Source: Synechococcus sp. (lineage in GTDB: Bacteria > Cyanobacteriota > Cyanobacteriia > Thermostichales > PCC-7336). From it: a DNA stretch of 11,491 nucleotides. Positions 7,134-11,491 of this stretch are shown here, in pieces. Position numbers and translations under genes: made by a program. The DNA lies in the NCBI GenBank assembly GCA_051439605.1, contig JBFRWN010000084.1, positions 1 to 11,491 on the forward strand, given 5' to 3'. The notes under the pieces were generated by a model that saw nothing but the letters and a program-made list of their open reading frames with translations, was not told the origin of the DNA and ran no database searches. How positions within the stretch are numbered: position 1 is the stretch's first letter; every line of letters begins with the position of its first letter.

Positions 7134-8117
7134 TTGCCACTAGCCGCAATAATACGAACAAGCTTTCGCCTTAGGGCCTCGAACTTGCTGAAATTTCTTT
7201 TTGCCGCTGTCAAACCCTACTTGCGCTGGGTCATCCTGGGCATCACATTTAGTTTTTTAGGCTACACCCTCTACAAGCATTGGCAGGAGGTGGTAGAGAT
7301 CTCCATTTCCCCAGCTGGTTGGGGTCTTGTTGGAGTCGCCACTGTTGTTACCCTGTGCTCCCATATTTGGTCTGGGTGGGTGTGGACCTTGATATTGCGC
7401 GAGTTTAACTGTTACGTACCCAAGCTGTGGACTGTGCGGGTGTACCTCAAGACCAATATTGCCAAGTACATGCCGGGTAACATCTGGCATTTTTTTGGGC
7501 GGGTACAAGCGATTAATGCGGTGGGGATCGCGTGGCCGATCGCCGCTCTGAGCGTTCTCATCGAACCGTTATTGGATATCGCAGCAGCGCTGTTGGTCGC
7601 CATTTCGCTGGGGGGGTTGGAACGGCCAGTGCTACAGTTGGTGGCGCTGGCGATCGTTCTTTCAGCCCTTCATCCCAAGCTACTTAACCCCGGTATTCGT
7701 AAGCTCAATCGAATGAAGTTAAAGAAGGGAGCCATGCCTCCCGAATCAATGGATGCATCGGTCATCGATCGCTATCCGTTGATTCCGCTGATTGGGGAAA
7801 TTATTTTCTATTTGCTGCGCAGTGCTGGGTTCCTCCTCATCGTGTTGGCGATGGGGCCGCTGCAATGGCAACAATTACCGCTGTTGATGAGTAGCTTCAG
7901 CGTGGCCTACTTTCTGGGTCTGGTGATTCCGGGAGCCCCTGGTGGTATCGGCGTATTTGAGGCTTCGTTGGTGGCGTTGCTAGAGCTACACTTTTCTGCA
8001 GGGCTGTTGCTGAGTTCGGTGGCGATCTACCGGTTGGTGAGCATCATTGCTGAAGCAACGGGTGCTGGACTTGCGTACGTTCACCTCCCCCGACCATTCC
8101 GTCGAGTAATCCGATGA
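7134..8117 (+). CDS. UPF0104 / lysylphosphatidylglycerol-synthase TM-region protein (putative lipid-linked sugar flippase)
   Basis: Multi-TM protein with 'TNIAKYMPGNIW..GR' and 'PGAPGGIGVFEA...YRLV' motifs. The true start may be a later codon (e.g. TTG 7185). The stop overlaps the next start (ATGA 8114-8117). Confidence 0.85.
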   Translation: MPLAAIIRTSFRLRASNLLKFLFAAVKPYLRWVILGITFSFLGYTLYKHWQEVVEISISPAGWGLVGVATVVTLCSHIWSGWVWTLILREFNCYVPKLWTVRVYLKTNIAKYMPGNIWHFFGRVQAINAVGIAWPIAALSVLIEPLLDIAAALLVAISLGGLERPVLQLVALAIVLSALHPKLLNPGIRKLNRMKLKKGAMPPESMDASVIDRYPLIPLIGEIIFYLLRSAGFLLIVLAMGPLQWQQLPLLMSSFSVAYFLGLVIPGAPGGIGVFEASLVALLELHFSAGLLLSSVAIYRLVSIIAEATGAGLAYVHLPRPFRRVIR

Positions 8118-9121
8118 CCTCCCTTTCTCCACCTTCTTCTTTGGCGATTACCCCCTCCACTTACGACCTCGATTTATCGGTGGTGGCCCCGATATACAAC
8201 GAGGTGGAAAGCCTTCCTCGGCTGATTGATGCGATCTCCGGTGCCGTAGCCGACAGCGGCCTCAGCTACGAAATTATTTGCGTTGACGATGGTTCCAAAG
8301 ACGGTTCAGCTGAGTTACTCAGGAAGCTGTCCGCCACGAGGCGGGATCTCTGTGCCGTTCTGTTGCGACGCAACTACGGTCAAACTCCAGCAATGGCGGC
8401 GGGATTTCATCTGGCCCGGGGCAAAGTGATTGTCACCCTAGACGGAGATTTACAGAACGATCCCCGAGATATTCCCAAGTTGCTGGCTAAGTTAAACGAG
8501 GGCTACGACCTGGTCAGCGGCTGGCGCAAGAATCGCAAAGATGCCACCCTCACCCGCACGCTGCCCTCTAAGATTGCCAATATGCTTATTGGTCGCATCA
8601 CCGGGGTACGCCTACACGACTATGGCTGTTCGCTAAAGGCATATCGCTCCGAATTGGTAGCGGACATGAATCTTTATGGAGAGCTTCACCGCTTTTTACC
8701 CGCCTTGGCCTACATCGAAGGAGCGCGTATTGCCGAACTGCCGGTGAACCACTTTGCTCGCCAATTTGGGCAAAGTAAATATGGTTTGGGGCGCACGTTT
8801 CGGGTGGTGATGGATCTTTTCACCATCTACTTCATCAAGACTTTTTTGACTCGACCGATGCACGTATTCGGCGGTTTGGGGATTTCCTCTCTGATATTGG
8901 GATCGGGGACAGGGTTGTATCTAGCCTTCATCAAATTGTATATGGGTCAGGACATTGGTAACCGACCGCTGCTGGTATTGACAGTTGTTCTCCTGTTAGG
9001 AGGTATCCAGCTATTTAGCTTTGGCCTATTGGCCGAACTTCAGATGCGCACCTACCACGAGTCACAAAACCGCCCCATCTATCGCATTCGCGAAGTTATT
9101 GCACCGCGGCAGGGAACGTAG
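8114..9121 (+). CDS. GT2 polyprenyl-phosphate glycosyltransferase (ArnC/GtrB/DPM1-like)
   Basis: Motifs SVVAPIYNE, ICVDDGSKD, RNYGQTPA, TLDGDLQNDP (DxD), DLVSGWR, DYGCSLKAYR and HRFLP; two C-terminal TM helices and an RPIY tail. Confidence 0.93.
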   Translation: MTSLSPPSSLAITPSTYDLDLSVVAPIYNEVESLPRLIDAISGAVADSGLSYEIICVDDGSKDGSAELLRKLSATRRDLCAVLLRRNYGQTPAMAAGFHLARGKVIVTLDGDLQNDPRDIPKLLAKLNEGYDLVSGWRKNRKDATLTRTLPSKIANMLIGRITGVRLHDYGCSLKAYRSELVADMNLYGELHRFLPALAYIEGARIAELPVNHFARQFGQSKYGLGRTFRVVMDLFTIYFIKTFLTRPMHVFGGLGISSLILGSGTGLYLAFIKLYMGQDIGNRPLLVLTVVLLLGGIQLFSFGLLAELQMRTYHESQNRPIYRIREVIAPRQGT

Positions 9122-9471
9122 CCAGCCTGACTCCACTATTTCCCCTCCCAGTCCAACAGTTGATTTCGGTACTGCGAACGTAAAGACATCAACCTACTAT
9201 CTAGGGCCGCGTCAACTGTTGCAGCTAGATAGCCAATTAAATATCCATATCTGTTGGACAGAGACGCTTTATTCTAAACAGACTATTGCTTTTCCCTTTG
9301 ATTCATCCATCTATTGGCCATTACTTATAGACCGACATTTAGGGCTATATGTATGTCCAAAAATTGTTCACTTTAACATTCCAAGGAAATATTAAAAACA
9401 AATTCGTTTGTTAGCTCATTTCAGGATACTGGCGTCACAATGATACCAGCGCTGCTTGTAGGTTCGGTGGT

Positions 9472-11491
9472 ATGCAACCTTCTGAAGAACAAACGCTCGA
9501 TCCCAAGAAAAAAAGATCCACCTTGAAGGTCGTCGCCATCTGCGTAGCAACGGGTGCAGTTGGTATTGGCGCAGTTCTTTATCTAGGGGTTCGCCCCTTC
9601 GTCAATCGGAGGATTCTTCCTCAGATTCAAACGGCTCTGGAAGAATCTCTATCGACTGAAGTCGATTTGGGTTCCGTCAACGCAATTTTGCCTTGGCAGG
9701 TATCATTGGGGGCCACCGAGATTGAAGGGTTTGCCACGGTAGACAGGATCGACATCCGAACCAACCCCCTCAAACTCTTGCTGAAACAACCGACTTCAAT
9801 GGAGGTTGAGCTGCATCGACCCGACATCACCCTCGTTGAATCTGAAGATGGCAGCTGGCAATTGCCCCAACTTCAACTAGAGAAGAATGGTGACCCTCCC
9901 CCCATCACTCTGGATTCTGCAAAGCTAATTGTTCGTCGAGGCCATATTCGGGTACAGCCACAAGATGGCAATGCCGTTGAACTCTCGAATATCTTCGTCG
10001 ATGGTCGTTGGGATGCGGGGGAAGAGTCATTAGATTTTGATGTTCGTACCAAATTGGATTCCGGAAAGCTAGAGCTGGTTGGGCGAACATTGTTGCCGAC
10101 ACTCGCAGTTGATGCGGAGGCAATCGCCAAGAACTTACCCGTCAATTCGCTGGTCACTATTTTTCCCCAACTTCCCCTTCAGCCAGAAGGGGGGATGCTC
10201 AACGCAGACTTGCAGCTAGCTTGGCAACTCAATCAATCCCCCAATATTGAAGGAAATCTCACTCTTGATAATGTGAGTGCCTCCCTACCTCAGCTCAGCG
10301 GCAACCAGACGATTTCAAATTTAGATGGGCAATTCTCATTCCAAAATCAAACAATTCAAATAGACAAGTTTGAGGGAAATCTGGGGGAGATTCCGTTTAC
10401 CAGCGAAGGGACGGTGGAATGGTCTGACTTGCTGGATTGGGAACAACTCAAGCTTCCGATCCCACTTCCGGCTGAATCGGTGTCCTGGCTTCCTAGAAGC
10501 ATCCCCCCGCGGTTAGCCTATCCAGAGCAATTGGGAGCAGAGCTGATATCCAGTGACGAGCCTATCTTCTTTGCCGTCCCTGCCAGTCATCATCCCGGCG
10601 ATCGCGATGCAAGCATTGCGCAGCAGCCGACACAGGCGAAGCCTGGAATAGACGTTACCGTATCCATTCCGCGCGCGACTTTCCAGGAACTGTTGGATGT
10701 GGCGGGGCTAGAGTTGCCCGTTCCAGTTGAAGGAGCGGTCACCAGTACGTTTCAGCTGAAAGGAACGGTGACGAGACCCATCCTTGAAGGGGAATTTGAG
10801 GCCATTGAACCCGGCAAGATCGATCGCATCGAACTACCCAGTTATGCCGGTCGTTTTAGATTTGCAGACTCGCAATTTACGCTGGTGGATCTTGATGCCC
10901 AAATGGCATCTGCAGGAACGCGATTGGGGACAATCTTGGGTACGGGCATTGTATCGATTGGCGATCCCGTACAGGGAAACGTACAGCTAAAGCTCTCCGG
11001 TGTGAACGCAGATGCGCTATTGGCCCTCTACGACATAGCAGACCTACCCGTTGTCCTTGGCTCGACCGAGCTATCTGTTGTTGCTGGCATTGCGGGGACT
11101 CGCTTAAATGCAGTGGCCAATTGGGAAGGGAGTGGAGGCTCGATTACTTGGGGAGGAAACGCGCAGCTCGCTCTCAATGACGGAGGATTTTCCGTTCCCA
11201 AGGCACAGTTGCGAATTGAGGACGGCACAATTGATGCCACCTTGGCCTCTTCTTTGCCTAACTCTGCTGGGGTCAGAGCGCTGGAAGCTACAGTCACCCC
11301 ACGCAACATTCCATTATCGCTGGCCTCACCTCAGCTAAGCGGGGTTTTGAATGGCGATGTATCCCTGCAGGCTAGAACAGACAATCTGAATCTAGCTGGA
11401 TTGCGGGGGCAGGGACAGATTGACTTACAGCAGGTGGCTGACCTGGGTGATTTTGTTGCGGATGTGGAATGGGACGGAGGTGGTCTTAATA
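9472..11491 (+). CDS. tamB: TamB/AsmA-like envelope protein, N-terminal 673 codons (truncated by window end; absent from the ORF track)
   Basis: Hand translation from ATG 9472 (first in-frame start after TAG 9412-9414) is stop-free to the edge: MQPSEEQTLDPKKKRSTLKVVAICVATGAVGIGAVLYLGVRPFVNREILPQIQTALEESLSTEVDLGSV...ELHRPDITLVESEDGSW. It has a basic patch and one N-terminal TM anchor, then Gly-punctuated amphipathic beta-strands. The diagnostic C-terminal DUF490 domain is outside the window. Confidence 0.78.
   Translation, partial: MQPSEEQTLDPKKKRSTLKVVAICVATGAVGIGAVLYLGVRPFVNRRILPQIQTALEESLSTEVDLGSVNAILPWQVSLGATEIEGFATVDRIDIRTNPLKLLLKQPTSMEVELHRPDITLVESEDGSWQLPQLQLEKNGDPPPITLDSAKLIVRRGHIRVQPQDGNAVELSNIFVDGRWDAGEESLDFDVRTKLDSGKLELVGRTLLPTLAVDAEAIAKNLPVNSLVTIFPQLPLQPEGGMLNADLQLAWQLNQSPNIEGNLTLDNVSASLPQLSGNQTISNLDGQFSFQNQTIQIDKFEGNLGEIPFTSEGTVEWSDLLDWEQLKLPIPLPAESVSWLPRSIPPRLAYPEQLGAELISSDEPIFFAVPASHHPGDRDASIAQQPTQAKPGIDVTVSIPRATFQELLDVAGLELPVPVEGAVTSTFQLKGTVTRPILEGEFEAIEPGKIDRIELPSYAGRFRFADSQFTLVDLDAQMASAGTRLGTILGTGIVSIGDPVQGNVQLKLSGVNADALLALYDIADLPVVLGSTELSVVAGIAGTRLNAVANWEGSGGSITWGGNAQLALNDGGFSVPKAQLRIEDGTIDATLASSLPNSAGVRALEATVTPRNIPLSLASPQLSGVLNGDVSLQARTDNLNLAGLRGQGQIDLQQVADLGDFVADVEWDGGGLN

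Larger units (their letters stand above)
1844..10605. repeat. HIP1 octamer GCGATCGC, dispersed copies
   Basis: Perfect copies start at 1844, 2145, 3438, 4855, 5155, 5385, 6287, 6379, 6818 and 10598, plus many CGATCG cores; well under one copy is expected by chance. Confidence 0.92.

Noticed and set aside
9021..9395. 124-aa plus-strand ORF after the GT2 gene
   Set aside because: It starts inside the GT2 gene in another frame, extends into AT-rich intergenic DNA and shows no protein-family features.

Overview
Cyanobacterial chromosomal window (at least 10 perfect HIP1 octamers GCGATCGC) dominated by cell-envelope genes. Left to right: the 5' part of a minus-strand minor type IV pilin operon (FimT/GspH-like, PilV-like, and a probable third gene running off the left edge); a ~700 bp intergenic region with a candidate SigF/SigJ-type promoter palindrome; a hypothetical protein plus PsiE-family pair; a 99-aa DPxTG-motif protein and an orphan NarL/LuxR response regulator, each followed by an intrinsic terminator; a divergent three-gene lipid-linked glycosylation set (GT-C ArnT/PMT-like transferase with a TPR-like tail, UPF0104 flippase-like protein, ArnC/GtrB-like GT2); and the first 673 codons of a TamB/AsmA-like protein that the ORF track missed because it runs off the right edge. 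No rRNA, tRNA, CRISPR array, transposase or phage gene is evident. The best candidates for undescribed biology are the three-component glycosylation module of unknown acceptor, the regulator plus DPxTG small-protein module, and the repeated GGGAA(A/C) promoter-like motif. Family calls come from motif recognition only; no searches were run.
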